Shown here piece by piece: positions 42,441-55,321 of a stretch of 64,000 nt of DNA. A program made the translations under genes and the position numbers. Source of the DNA: Dictyostelium discoideum (Eukaryota). The stretch covers positions 3,584,001-3,648,000 of the forward strand of contig CM000151.3 of NCBI GenBank assembly GCA_000004695.1, read 5' to 3'. The notes beneath the pieces were generated by a model, which had not been told where the DNA came from, did not search any database, and saw nothing but the letters and a program-made list of their open reading frames with translations. Every line of letters begins with the position of its first letter. The stretch's first letter is position 1.

Positions 42441-42925
42441 AACAAAATAAAATAAAATAAAATAAAATAAATAAATTTCAATTGGAAGATTTTTTATTTC
42501 CAGTCTGTTAAACATGTTGAACTGTTAAAACTATTAAACCTGATAAACCTACCAAACGATCCTGTGCCAAAGATTGGAGAGAATATAAATCTATCTATAC
42601 ACTATGACATTAGGAATGGTTTAATATTTATTAACACTTCAACAACAATAAAAATAAAAAAATTTAAACATCATCATTTTTAAATATTGGAAAAATTTTA
42701 ATAATTTCAAATAAATAATAAATGTGTGGGTAAACCTAATTAATTTGTTTTTAATTTTTTTTTTGTTGAACCACTACAGTAGAAATTTTTTTTTTTACAT
42801 ATACATAAGAAAAGACAAATAAATAATAAGTAAATGCATAAAGAAATTTTTAAAAATTAATAAAAAAAATAATAATTTTTATTTTCCAAGATTTTTAATT
42901 AGAATATTTGAATTAAATTAACTGA

Positions 42926-45900
42926 TCAGTTCATTTTTTGTAATTTGTTTTGTACTTTTCTTTGGAATAAATCTGATTTTCTGTTTTTCACGACCAAGTA
43001 AACAACTGATACAATAACTACAGTGGCAAAAGCAACGGAACCAATAATAATACCAGCGAGTTGAGCACTTGTTAGTTTTGATTTATTTGATGTACAAATT
43101 GAATTATTATCATTATTTGATACTGGTTTACTATCTACTAATACTGAAAAGTCTGGATCAATAATTATTGATTGTTTATAATTTGGTATTGTAATACCAA
43201 TGAATGATTGTGATACTGATGATGTTTGAATTGAGTTCATTTTTGAATCTAATAATTGATTTTCAATTGAAGATACTTTTGAATCGATGATTGCTCTTTT
43301 AATGAATCTACCATAAAGTGAATGGTCATCAATTTGAATTTTAAAGAAGTTTGAATTATCACCATCACTTGTATCTCCAAATTCTTTTAATGAACAAGTA
43401 TCTTTGGAATTTGATGATTCGAATAATGCTGACATTACAAGTTGAAGACTATTTAATTGATTTAAAAATTTATATTCTGTAATTTCAATTGTATATTTAA
43501 TACTTGATGGATTCATTGTTATATTATTATTTGCAAATTGAATGATTGTCGTTTGATTGAACCATTCTAAAGTTACAGTAATATTAGTTGTTAATGTATT
43601 TGTTGATTTTGTATCACCACTTTGAATACTTGTAAAGTATTGACTTTTAATATTATTAATTGGTGTATAAATCCATTTATCAAATGTATATAAATTAACT
43701 TGATTTGAATTAAAATCTAATTCTCTTAATGATACAATTGAAATCAATGATTTGAATAAATAATTTGTACTATTTGATGTTTGATTATTGTTTTCTATAA
43801 TTGGTAATTCAGTTGATGGTTGTGATGTATTTGTTGATGGTTGTGGTATAATTATAACTTGTGAATTACAATCATTACCAATCCAAGGTGGATAACAAAT
43901 ACATCCACTTGATGAACAAAAACCTTGTTTTGATCCACCACATACTGGTTCACCTAAACATGTTTGTGGTTTATTCGTTGGTATTGGTGATGATGTAGGT
44001 ATTGGTGTTTGTGTTGGTGTCTCTGTTGGTGTTTCTGTTGGTGTTTCTGTTGGTGTTTCTGTTGGTGTTAAGGGAATCGTAAAATTATAAACTATAGGAA
44101 TAACAGTGAATTCATTTGATGTGAGTGGATAGTCCGAAACTTTGATAATGAATGGTTTATCAGTTGGTTTAATATTTTTAATAAACATTGCACTCCAATA
44201 AACTTTATTTGGTACTATTATTTGATTAAATCCAGGTTCTCCAAAATATTTTACATATACTTGTTGTTTTGTTGAATTGAAACCTCTACCTGTTATCCAT
44301 AACTCGCTATCACCAGATACAAATTTGCTACAGGTATTAATTTGTATTACTTTGTTTATGGATATATCGCTCATTGAATATATAAAAGATAAACTATTTA
44401 GTGATTCGCTTGAATATCCGCTATAATAACCGCCATTATTAATGAATCCATAAACACTGAAAATAATATCTGAATTGTATCCGAATCCATTTGGTAAATT
44501 GATAGTGCATTTATAGGTTGAAGTTGTTTCATTTATTGAAATAATAGATGATACACATTCAAGTGTTCTTAAATCTGTTGTTTGGATATAAACAATTGGA
44601 TATTGTTTATCTTTTAAACCACTTTCAATATCTACTGCTTCAAAGTTGAATGATAAGTATTGAGTACCATCACTATTTTGTTTTAATATTGGTATGAATG
44701 AAGTTAAAATTGGTGGTGAACTATCGATACCATCATTTTCACCACTACATGTTTTATATACTTTATTTATTGTTGGATCTGATAAATAATTTATAAATAC
44801 ATTTCTAATACCATTAAATCCACTGGATACTGAAAATTCACCTAAATAACCTTGAGTATCATATAATTTAACTTGTGTGATAATATAATTTTGAGATGCA
44901 CATTTACTTGGTAAAGTTATATTAATTTGATAATCACCATTAAATTTATCACCTCTTGTTAAATTTTGAGTTGTTAAATGGAATTTATAAGTTGAACTAT
45001 CCATTTCACCTCTAACTATAATATCAGCATAATCAAAACCATTAATTGGATCATCTATTGTAAATTTCCAACCAAATTCATTTGTTGAATTAACTTTTTC
45101 AATATTACTAAATATTGGTCCATATTCATCGAAATGTTTAGATTCAATAATTAATTGAGAAGATAAAGGTAAGAAATCACTTATTAATGAACTTGAATAA
45201 CCACAAAGTAAAGCAAAACCAAGTGGACCAGGTCTAGTATTTGCAGGAACTGTAAATTTAATTTGATATTTTGAAATTGTTGAATTCCAAATTGAAGTTG
45301 TAATATTATCATAATCTACGACTCCAGTTACTTTAAACTCATGAGATAAAATTAAAAATGAGAAATTAATTGTATCATCTTTAGGTTCTTGAGTACCATT
45401 ATAATTGAAATAAATTATATTATCAACTGATTTATTTGTTACATCAATGTTATTTATTAAATAAGTTACATTACCAATTAAAACTGAAATCATATCAGAA
45501 TATTTAAAATCAAGTTTTAAAAGTGGATCAATTGAATAATATTGAAATGGATTATAAAATTGAGATTGTCTTGAATAAGAATCACCAATATTTAAACTAT
45601 TTAATATACCTTCATGAAAATTTAAAACAGTTTCATATATATTGTTTTCGATATCAGGCATTGAGTCATATCTTAATACTTGATTAACATTATCATTAAT
45701 TTTAATAAAAGTACTGTACCCTTTACTTTGATAAATTGGTTTTATTTTAATCTTAAATAAATAAACTTGATTATATAAATGAGTAGAATTAAATGATTCT
45801 AATTCTAATATTGGTAATGTATTTATATCCACAACTATTATTTATAATAAAATTATTTTAATTAATATAATAATTTTATTAAATAATAATAAAAAATAAA

Positions 45901-47044
45901 AAAAAACAATTACCTTGTTGATTACTAATTTGCGTTAAAGAATGATCTTGATTGAAATAAAGTGAGTTGTAGGGATTTACAGAGATTTCAGATTGTAGAA
46001 ATGATGACTTGAATGAATAATTTGAATTATGACCACTTTCGAAACCAAAAGGCCATTTATAACTATTTGAAAAACTTTCAAACCATCTAATTGAATAATT
46101 GAATAAATCAAATTTTTTAGTTGAATTAAATTTAATTGAAAATATTGATGAAAGTGAAGGTAATGGTGGTGAATAATCAATTTGAAAAGATGGAAATTTT
46201 CTATCAATATTATCTATATATTTAAAAAACAATAATAATAATATTATTAAAATTATTAACAAAAATGATTTTTTAAAATAATAAAAATAAACAATAATAA
46301 AAAAAAATAATAATAATAATAATAAACTTACATGAGACCTTTAAAAATTGATAATAAATTGTAGTTAAGGTGCCATTAATTTGAGCACCAATTGAATAAT
46401 CGGAAGAAACTTGACCAAGGAATGTTGTACCTTTTCCTGGCATTTCATAAGATGCCCATGGATTTAAACCTATATTTTCATTAATAAACAATGGGTCGCT
46501 TAATCCAATTGTTTCATTTAATGTAATAGAATAAATTGGTGGACAAATAAATCCAAATTCTATAACATTTGTTTGATTAGGATAAATTTTAAATGTAATA
46601 TCCTTTTCTTTTACATTTGAATCTGAATTTTTAAAATTATAATTTAATATATTAATTTTTAAAATAATAATAATAATAAAAACAATAATAATAATAACAA
46701 TAATTACTTACTTGAATAAATTAAACTTGGAATTGTATAATTTAATGAATAAGTATTATTTGAACTATCCATGAACCATAGTGATATATTAAAATCTGGT
46801 TTAATAAATCCATTAAATTCGTCACCAATATGATAGACAAATGGCCTTATATTATCAACTTTTACATTATACGGTTTGTCAACTTGTAATTGACCCAATG
46901 GGTATTTTAATCCTGTAATGTACATTATTGTTGAAAATGGGTAAATTGGATGCTTATATTTACCAGTATGATATAAATTTATTTTCATTGATTCTCGTGG
47001 AATATCTATTTAATTTATTTAATTATTTAATTAATTATTTATTT

Positions 47045-47103
<59 letters not shown>

Positions 47104-47521
47104 CTTAAAAAAATAATCAATACAAACATTGACAAGAATAATTAATTATAATACTACTATAAATTGATGTATCATTATCATATTCTGCCGTAATTAATAA
47201 TGAATAATCATTTGGTGATTTAGTATTTACATAAATTGGAAGAACTTGACTTGAAATATTTTTAAATGCTGGTGTTGAAATTGTTGCGTCTGAATCGTTG
47301 GTTTTTATTTTTAATTGAACTCCAGTATCTGAAGTATCGGTTACAAATATTAAGAAAAAAAAATTACAATATTTGTCATTTGTATTTGTTGGATATTTAT
47401 TATATGAGTATTCTTCACTAGAAACATCATAAATTTGAATTGCTGGATTTCCTTCAACCCTAAAAATTTGTAATATTACTATTATTATTAGAATTAATAA
47501 TAGTATTCGTTTTCTGATCAT
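42926..47521 (-). CDS. tgr-like type-I transmembrane receptor, copy E (apparently intact, more divergent N-terminal modules). Exons 47521..~47120, 46988..~46704, ~46491..46273, ~46262..45879, ~45841..42926.
   Basis: Signal peptide MIRKRILLLILIIIVILQIFRVEG. Modules end ..YSCQCLY and ..WPFGFESGHNSNYSFK. 968-aa last-exon ORF 42926..45832 carries an extra (TPTE)4 linker (44018-44070, 12-bp tandem gtttctgttggt). The EGF-like module is CLGEPVCGGSKQGFCSSSGCICYPPWIGNDC. The TM/tail is identical to copy C/D type (..KNRKSDLFQRKVQNKLQKMN*). Confidence 0.8.
47046..47103. repeat. Poly(T) homopolymer tract of ~55 nt in an intron of copy E.
   Basis: Directly visible. Generates the spurious ORF 46928..47116. 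Confidence 0.9.
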
Positions 47522-47864
47522 TTTTTTTTTTATATTTAATATGAATAAATAAAAAAAGAAGAAAAAAAAAATTCACAACTGCAATTGCAATCAAAAAAAA
47601 AAAAAAAAAAATTTTTCTTCTCAGTTTTTTTTTAAAAAAAAAAACATATCTAAAAATATCTTAATAATTTTTCGATACCGAACAGCCTGGGCCAATCAGA
47701 AAAAAAAAAATTAAAAAAAAAATAAATTTTTATCAACAAAAATCCAAAAACCAAAAAAAACTGATCTGTGTGTTTGAATGTTGGATTGTATTGGATTGGT
47801 GTTACAATCAAAAAAAATGACAAAAAATGATATTAACAAAGAATAAATGAATTATGGTAAATAG

Positions 47865-47867
<3 letters not shown>

Positions 47868-47952
<85 letters not shown>
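47868..47952. repeat. (AAT)n microsatellite (~28 units) in the intergenic region upstream of copy E.
   Basis: Directly visible. Confidence 0.95.
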
Positions 47953-47954
<2 letters not shown>

Positions 47955-48018
47955 TGAGTCTTTAATTTGTGAATTTTTATTAGATTTTTGTTATCCCATT
48001 TGAGAATTGAACATCACA

Positions 48019-48069
<51 letters not shown>

Positions 48070-48342
48070 ATTTTATAAATAAACATATATATTAATTTCT
48101 AAAAATAAATAAAAAAAAAGTCAGTGACTAAAAAAAGAGTTGTGTCTTTGGTCATCAAAAAAAAAAAAAAAATTAAAAAATTAAAAAAAAAAAAAATTAA
48201 AAAATAAAAATAAAAATTTTCATGAAAATTTTAAATTTGTGATTTTGAAAAAAAAAAAAAAAAATTAAAAAATTAAAAAATCGCTGTACATATTCAAATT
48301 AAAAAATAAAAATAAACATAATTAATAATATAACAATATAGA

Positions 48343-48510
48343 ATGTTATTAGATAACGACGCATTCCTTTCAGCATTAAACAAATTATATCAAACTACAT
48401 CAAAAAAAGGAACTGTTTGGGTCACAATGAAGAAATGTAAGATATTTTATTATATTTTATTTTATTTTATTTTATTATCAACTTTACATATAATCTAATA
48501 TATACCATAC

Positions 48511-48565
<55 letters not shown>

Positions 48566-48892
48566 ACACACACACACACACACATACATATATATGAATT
48601 ATTCATTATTATAGATGTAGATTCAGATTCAAACTTTTCACGTAAAAAAGCAGAAAGAATTAAAGAATCAGAAGAGGAAGAAAATAAATGTTTAGTTAGA
48701 GCAACAAATGGTAAAAAAAAGATATCAACAATTGTTCTCGCTAAAGATAAATCAATGTTTGAAAAGAATTATAAAAATGTTTTACTTATTAATTTAGATA
48801 ATCTTAAAGTTGAGAAAAAGAAACCTACTCCCACCACAACTCCTAGTTCTTCAACTACTGCAAAAACTGCTGCAAAGAAAACTAAAGTCTAA
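48343..48892 (+). CDS. srp14: Signal recognition particle 14 kDa subunit (SRP14). Exons 48343..48436 and 48615..48892.
   Basis: MLLDNDAFLSALNKLYQTTSKKGTVWVTMKK|YVDSDSNFSRKKAERIKESEEEENKCLVRATNGKKKISTIVLAKDKSMFEKNYKNVLLINLDNLKVEKKK.... This is collinear with metazoan SRP14 (MVLLESEQFLTELTRLF...ITLKKY...NKCLLRATDGKKKISTVV...). Donor aaat|GTAAGA, acceptor ttatag|AT. The C-terminus is Thr/Ala/Lys-rich, as in SRP14. Confidence 0.85.
48497..48590. repeat. (CA)n/(AC)n dinucleotide microsatellite (~45 units, two CATA interruptions) inside the srp14 intron.
   Basis: Directly visible: acacacacacac...catacacacacac...catacatatatat. Confidence 0.95.
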
Positions 48893-49047
48893 ACAAAAAA
48901 AAAAAATAAAAATAAAAAAAGCAAAAAAAAAAAAAAGGAAAATAATAAAACAAAATATATATGCACATAAAATAAATAAATAAAAAAAAAAAAAAAAAAA
49001 AAGGATTGTGGAAAACTTTTTTTTTACCTTTTTAAAATAATATTATT

Positions 49048-49078
<31 letters not shown>

Positions 49079-49102
49079 ATTGTTATTTTTATTTAATTTA
49101 AT

Positions 49103-50222
49103 TTATACAATTCTTTCAAGTTCTTTGGCATAGTGAAGAGTTTGGTGAATCAATTGTAAAGATGGAATTTCAACGGTTTGATTATCATTATTTCCAAATT
49201 GAATTACATCACCTTGAACTTTCCAATTTCTTTCCTTAATGTATTGTTGGAATTGATTGTTATCATTGAATAATAATACTTTTTCTGCATCTTTTAATGA
49301 TAATGTTTTAAATGATTTTTCACTACAATTTGCAATATCCTCCCTGATATATCATTTAATATAATAAATATTAAAATATATTAATAAATTAAAAATAAAT
49401 AATGGATATAATAATAATAAAAATAAAATAAACATACTTTATTGAATCTGCTAAAATATCAAGGAAAACTTGATAATATTCTGATGGTACACCAGATCTT
49501 GATTGAATAATTTTATTATAACTACCCTCTGTAATTGATTTTTCAACCAATAATGGGAATCTTGAAATAAATAAATAAATAAATAAATAGAAAATAAATA
49601 AATAAAATTAATATAATGAAAATAATAATAATAAAATTTTTTGATAATATATATAAAATAAAAAAAAAATACAAACTTAATGAATGAGTTATCTAAATTA
49701 TTAAATTCGATTAATTCAATTTCGCTATGGAATTCTGATGTTTTATGTTTTGCTAATAATCTCATTAAATTCAAACCAATAATTTGATATTCTAATGTTG
49801 ATGGTGCAATAATTGATTTATAATCATAATAGTATGTCTTTAATTGATTAAATGTTCTTTCAAATGAATCAATATCTTTAATTTTAATTGAATATAATGA
49901 AATTAATTCTAAAATCTCTCCTAAAATAGTTTTTTAAAAAAAAAAAAAAAAGATAAAAATATTAATAAATGTATTTTTTTTTTATATATTTTTGTCGTTG
50001 TTGTTGTTGTTGTTGTTGTTGTGTTGTTGTTAACATACTTGCTAAAACTAAATCTTTTTTAACTTTATCAGAAACATTTGAAAGAGAAGTTGGTTTTTCT
50101 AAATGAATTGTTGCTGCTAATTTTAATTGAACTAAAACTGGTGTAATTTGTGCTTTATCTGAATTACCAGCAACAAGCTTTTTAAAGTTATTTAAATTTT
50201 GTTCAATTGAACTAAAATCCAT
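49103..50222 (-). CDS. psmD8: 26S proteasome non-ATPase regulatory subunit 8 (Rpn12/PSMD8), ~4 exons (50222..~50036, ~49930..49680, ~49565..49445, ~49350..49103).
   Basis: C-terminal exon ..[66 protein letters not shown] matches the PSMD8 C-terminus (..ISFTEAKRILFF...YAKKRGWVLGPNNYYSF...ELAKQVIEYARQLEMIV). Exon 1 ORF 49962..50222 ([17 protein letters not shown]...) has a GTATGT donor inside ..LASM. The middle exon ORF is 49451..49774. The stop TAA maps to + 49103-49105. Confidence 0.8.
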
Positions 50223-50445
50223 TATTAATTATATATATAAAATTATATGTGAACAGAGTGAGATAAAAAAAAGTGTGAAGATGATAAAAAAAAAAAAAAA
50301 AAATTAAAAAAAAAAAAAAAAATTAAAAAATTAAAAAAAAAAAAAAAATTGAAATTAATTGTTGATGATCACCTTGTAAATTAAAAAAAAAAAAAAATAA
50401 AAAAAATAAAAATAAAAAAAATAAAAAATAAAAAAATATAATATT

Positions 50446-50480
<35 letters not shown>

Positions 50481-50593
50481 TGAAAATAATAATGAACATC
50501 GCGATTGAATAAAAAATAAAAATAAATATAAATAATTAAAAAAAAAAAAGAGAGATTTATTGTTTTATATATATATTATAATTTTATTTTAAT

Positions 50594-50924
50594 TTATTTA
50601 TTCTTTTTTGATTTAATCATTACAAGTCCCAAAAATGTACCAATTGCGGTAATACCGACTACTAATAAAACTAAAGGAATAATAATACCATATTCTCTTG
50701 GTAAAAAGTATTGTTGAATCCAATGATCTGAAACAATAAATGGCTATAAATTAAATAATGGGAAATTAGCTTTTTTTTTTTTTTTTTTTTTTTTTCCTAA
50801 ATTTATATAACTTACAGTAATAATAACCCATGTTGTATAATATCCAAATACAAAAATCCTAAATAAAACCATAACAAAACCTATAAATTTATCTGAAGCA
50901 CCCTAAAATTGATATTATTATTAA

Positions 50925-50964
<40 letters not shown>

Positions 50965-50998
50965 CTTTTCCAAAATCTAAAACTAAAAAATTTACCAT
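50594..50998 (-). CDS. dpm2: Dolichol-phosphate mannosyltransferase subunit 2 (DPM2), 3 exons. Exon 1 is the ATG alone (50998..50996), exon 2 ~50912..50818, exon 3 ~50741..50594.
   Basis: Spliced product M|GASDKFIGFVMVLFRIFVFGYYTTWVIIT..|..PFIVSDHWIQQYFLPREYGIIIPLVLLVVGITAIGTFLGLVMIKSKKNK*. Human DPM2 reads ..[48 protein letters not shown]..MLK. Donors GTAAAT (right after ATG) and GTAAGT; acceptors ttttag, tttatag. Confidence 0.7.
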
Positions 50999-51147
50999 TT
51001 TATCTATATTTTATATTCTATGTGCTAAGCTATATTTTGTTTTTATTTTATTAAATGTACAAATAAGATTATTTAGTCTTAAAATCAACAGGGAAAATGT
51101 ATATGTGAATGAAGACAAATTCGCAAAATTAAAAAAATTTGAAATGC

Positions 51148-51180
<33 letters not shown>

Positions 51181-51652
51181 AAAATTAAAAAAAAAAAAAA
51201 AAAAAAAAAATAAAATAAAAATTTAAAAAAAATATTACAGATGCACAGAAAAAAGGGTTTAATTTTTTCTAAAAATTAAAATAATTGGGTGGGTTATTTT
51301 TGTTAAACAAAAAATTTTTTTTTTTTTTTTTTTTTGAAATGGGATATTGAGGGAAATTTGGGGGATAAAATTAAAGTTTATTATTCTTTTTTTACTAAAA
51401 GTGATAAAATTAATTAATAATAATAAATATAAAATTTTTTTTAACATTTTTTTAATAAAATATATCTTTAATTCTAAAAATAAATTAAAAATTATGGCGG
51501 GGAAAAAAAAAAAAAAAAAACTAAACGTTATAGGCATAAAAAAAAAAAATCATGAAAAAACGCATATTTTTTCGTTTTTTATCATAAAAATTTTTTTTAA
51601 AAAGATTTTTAATTTTTTTTTTTTTTTTCAGTTGAAATTTTCGTATTACAAA

Positions 51653-52524
51653 ATGGGTATGTTCCCTTTATATAAAGATAGAGATAATGATAGTGGATAT
51701 CACCACTATGTCACTTTTTCAATGATCTTTATCAATCTTTCAATAATCATCAATAATTAGTTATAATCTTCATGAAACTAATATAATAAATCATTATTTT
51801 TAAAATAATCACAATCAATAATGAATAGGTGCCTACAAATACTTACAAGAACTCTACAAAAAGAAGCAATCTGATGCTGTCCGTTTCCTCCTCAGAGTCA
51901 GATGTTGGGAATACAGGTAGGTTATTTAATGATAAAGTAGCAAAAGAATAAATAATAATAATGATATTAATTGGATTTAATTATTTTTAAAATATTAGAA
52001 ATCTCCCAGTCTGTCATCGTGCTTCACACCCAACTCGTGTTGACAAAGCCAGACGTTTAGGTTACAAAGCTACTCAAGGTTTTGTTGTATACAGAATCCG
52101 TGTCAGACGTGGTGGTCGTAAGAGACAAGTTCCAGGTGGTCGTACTGGTGGTAAACCAAAGACTCATGGTGTTAACGAATTAAAACCAAGCAGAAACTTA
52201 AGATCCGTTGCTGAAGAACGTGTTGGTCGTCGTTGTCCAAATCTCCGTGTTCTCAACTCATACTGGGTTAACCAAGATTCAACCTACAAATATTATGAAG
52301 TCATCTTAGTTGATAACTCTCACAATGCCATCCGTAACGACCCACGTTACAACTGGATCTGTAAACCAGTCCACAAACATAGAGAATTAAGAGGTTTAAC
52401 CTCCGCTGGTATCAAAGCCCGTGGTCTCCGTAGAAAAGGTACCCACAGAGCCAGCAAAACTAGACCATCAAGACAAGCCAACTACAAACGTAGAAACACC
52501 GTCGTTTTCCACAGATACAGATAA
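51653..52524 (+). CDS. rpl15: 60S ribosomal protein L15 (eL15), 3 exons: 51653..51656 (ATGG), 51829..51916, 51999..52524.
   Basis: M-G|[29 protein letters not shown]|[174 protein letters not shown]. Near-collinear with eukaryotic L15. Donors GTATGT (51657), GTAGGT (51917); acceptors aatag (51828), attag (51998). GC-rich codon usage is typical of highly expressed Dictyostelium genes. Confidence 0.9.
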
Positions 52525-52916
52525 ACAAACAAACATTAATATTCATTTTGTTTGTGTCCAAGTATTCTAATAAAATGTTATATTTTCCCCACCCTAAACA
52601 AAAAAAAGTTTTATTATTTAATAATTATAATTGTAATTTTCCAAAAAACACATAACAATAGATATTTTTTAACTTTAACACATAATCAAAGATATTTTTT
52701 TTTTTAATTTGAAATTAATTCATGGAAAAGGTGTTCACCTTCAAAGAACCAAAAATAAAACCCCTTACTTTAATTTAAATTTTTTATTTTTTTTTATTTT
52801 TTATTTTTTTTTATTTTTTTTTTTTAATATCCAATTGATTGTTTTTCTTATTTTTTTTTGTTTTTATAATTTCAGTTTCACTATTATTATTTTTTTTTTA
52901 TTAATTAAATCACATA

Positions 52917-53454
52917 ATGTCATTATTTAAAATTAAAACTATCACTATTGATCATACTGAAAAAAACATCAGAATTTCAAGGTAATATATTTAATTTAAT
53001 GGTTATAGTTTTTATTTATTTAAATATTAATTTTTTTATTTTTTTTTTATTTTTACTTTTTATTTATTTATTTGTTTATTTTTATTTTTTTATTACAGAT
53101 CAGTTACTATTAATGAAAATAGTGATAGATATATTTGTATACCAGATGAAATTAGTAATGAAGAAAGTGTTGAAATTTTAGATAGTGTTGAGAATGGTTC
53201 AACATTATTACACTCTGAGAAACCATCATTTCCAGAAGATTTAAAATATTTTAAAAATAAAAAATTTAAAATTCAAATGGTTGAAGGTAATCATATTGTT
53301 GGTAAATTAATTGAATCAAGTAATGAAACTAAATCAATTACTTTAAATGTTGAATCTTATCATTCTTTTAAAAGTGATAATTCATTACCAAATGGTATGA
53401 TTAAATTAGAACATTCAAAAATTTTATCATACTTTTTATTATCATCTGATAATG

Positions 53455-53553
<99 letters not shown>

Positions 53554-55205
53554 TTAACAATGATGATTTCTATATTAAAAATAATTGTGAAAGAATTACA
53601 AAAATTGAAATTAATAATAATAAGGTTAAAAGAGATATAATTGTAAATTATAATATTCATATTCAAAAACATGGTGCAGAATTTGGTCATTTTATTCACT
53701 TGGTTAAAGGTTTAAAATGTGGTAAACAATTATATTGTAAAGCAAATTTAAAAGATGATTTACCAATTACAATTGTAACAGAATATAAATGGAAACCATT
53801 TATAGATATTGGTTCAAGTGATAATGTACAACTTAGAATTAAAACATTGGCTGAAAAGAAAAAAGTGATTTATAAAATTGATAATTTGAAATGTTATAAT
53901 AATATCACAACTAATATTCAAATTAATAAATTTCAAACAACTGCAAATCGTGCAATATTGGTTTATCCAGGTGGTCCACTCCAAGTATCAATTTACTTTA
54001 AAAATAATTCAAAATTATTTTTAACTAAAACTAGATGTAAATTAATTCAAAATGATTTAATTGAAAATGAAAATGAAAATAAAGAACAAACTGATGATGA
54101 CGATGAAGATGATGACGAAGATGAAGATGAGGATAGTGATGAGGGTGACGATATTGCTTTTAATTCTCCACCATCTGAAATACCACCTAGTATCAGCAGT
54201 GTCAGTAGTAATAGAAATAATAATAATATTAACATTAAAACTAGTGCAAATCCAATAAGAAGAAATGTTAATTCGGGTTTATTCGCTTGCCAATTATTAG
54301 GTATTGTTAAACCAAATTCAATTGGTATTATTTCATTTCTTATTCCAACTGAAAAATTAAAACTTTTTAAAGATATTGGTCATCAAGCATTATTTGAAAC
54401 AAGAGGAAAAGAATCAAATATTAATCAAATTAAAGTATCAAGTGTTTTCACAATATTAGAGACTGAAACATTAAATAAAATTACTTATCAAGTTGCAAAT
54501 ATTAGTCAACATTCAATTAAACTCATTATTTACACTGGTTATGGTATTATTGGTACTGAAACACCATTGAATGAGTACACCAAAGTATTAATAACACCAA
54601 CTATCAATGAAAATAATAACAACAACAACAATAGCAATAGAGTCATTGAAAAGATTGATGAAACTTTATATTTAATTCAAAATTGTGTTGGTTTTTCAAT
54701 TGTAAACTTTGAATTATACAATTCAAAATGTAAACAATTAATGACAAATTCAAGATTACCACAAGATGCATTGAATCTTTTAAATAATAATGGTATTTCA
54801 ATTACATATTCTCCAAATTTATTTAAATGTCATGATTTAACACATTTGGGTAGAAGTGCACAAGATTCATTATTCAAATTTTTAGGTTCAATAACATTGG
54901 AAGATAAAACATCATCATACTTTAATAAACCATATTTACCAGCTCCACTTACAAATTATTTATTTGATCAAACAATTTCATCAAAATCCTCTGGTACTAG
55001 TGTACTCTCAAATATGGTTAGTTGTAATCCTCGTGCTTTAAAATTAGGTTTATTTGATAGTGAAAATCCACAATCACAACAAAATGATAAACATAACAAC
55101 ACCAACATTCCAAGTAGTTCAAAATATAGTAGCAGTTTTATTGAGGGCACTTTTAGTTCAAGAGAAGACAATCATTCAAAAAAGTCTTCACGCATCATAT
55201 CTTAA
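52917..55205 (+). CDS. Hypothetical protein with poly-Asn tract and acidic D/E stretch. Two exons (52917..52981, 53099..55205).
   Basis: Exon 1 MSLFKIKTITIDHTEKNIRISR with donor ..TCAAG|GTAATA (phase 2). Acceptor ..ttattacag| at 53098 restores the frame of ORF 53277..55205 (open from 53100). Contains (AAT)33 coding N33 (53455-53555) and DDDDEDDDEDEDEDSDEGDD. No recognisable domain. Confidence 0.55.
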
Positions 55206-55219
55206 ATGAAAATCAAAAC

Positions 55220-55252
<33 letters not shown>

Positions 55253-55321
55253 GTTTTAAAAATAATATAATTTACTGATTCTTTTTTTATTTTTTTTTTG
55301 GGGAGGTAGAGGGGTTTTGAA

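Noticed and set aside
49451-49774. The 3' part of ORF 49451..49774 (..[16 protein letters not shown]..) as coding
   Set aside because: Only the upstream portion ([33 protein letters not shown]) is the psmD8 exon. The rest is read-through into an AT-rich intron.
53360-53699. ORFs 53360..53560(-), 53442..53699(-), 53452..53640(+), 54047..54258
   Set aside because: Antisense or alternative-frame readings of the (AAT)33 and acidic GAT/GAA repeats inside gene 52917..55205.
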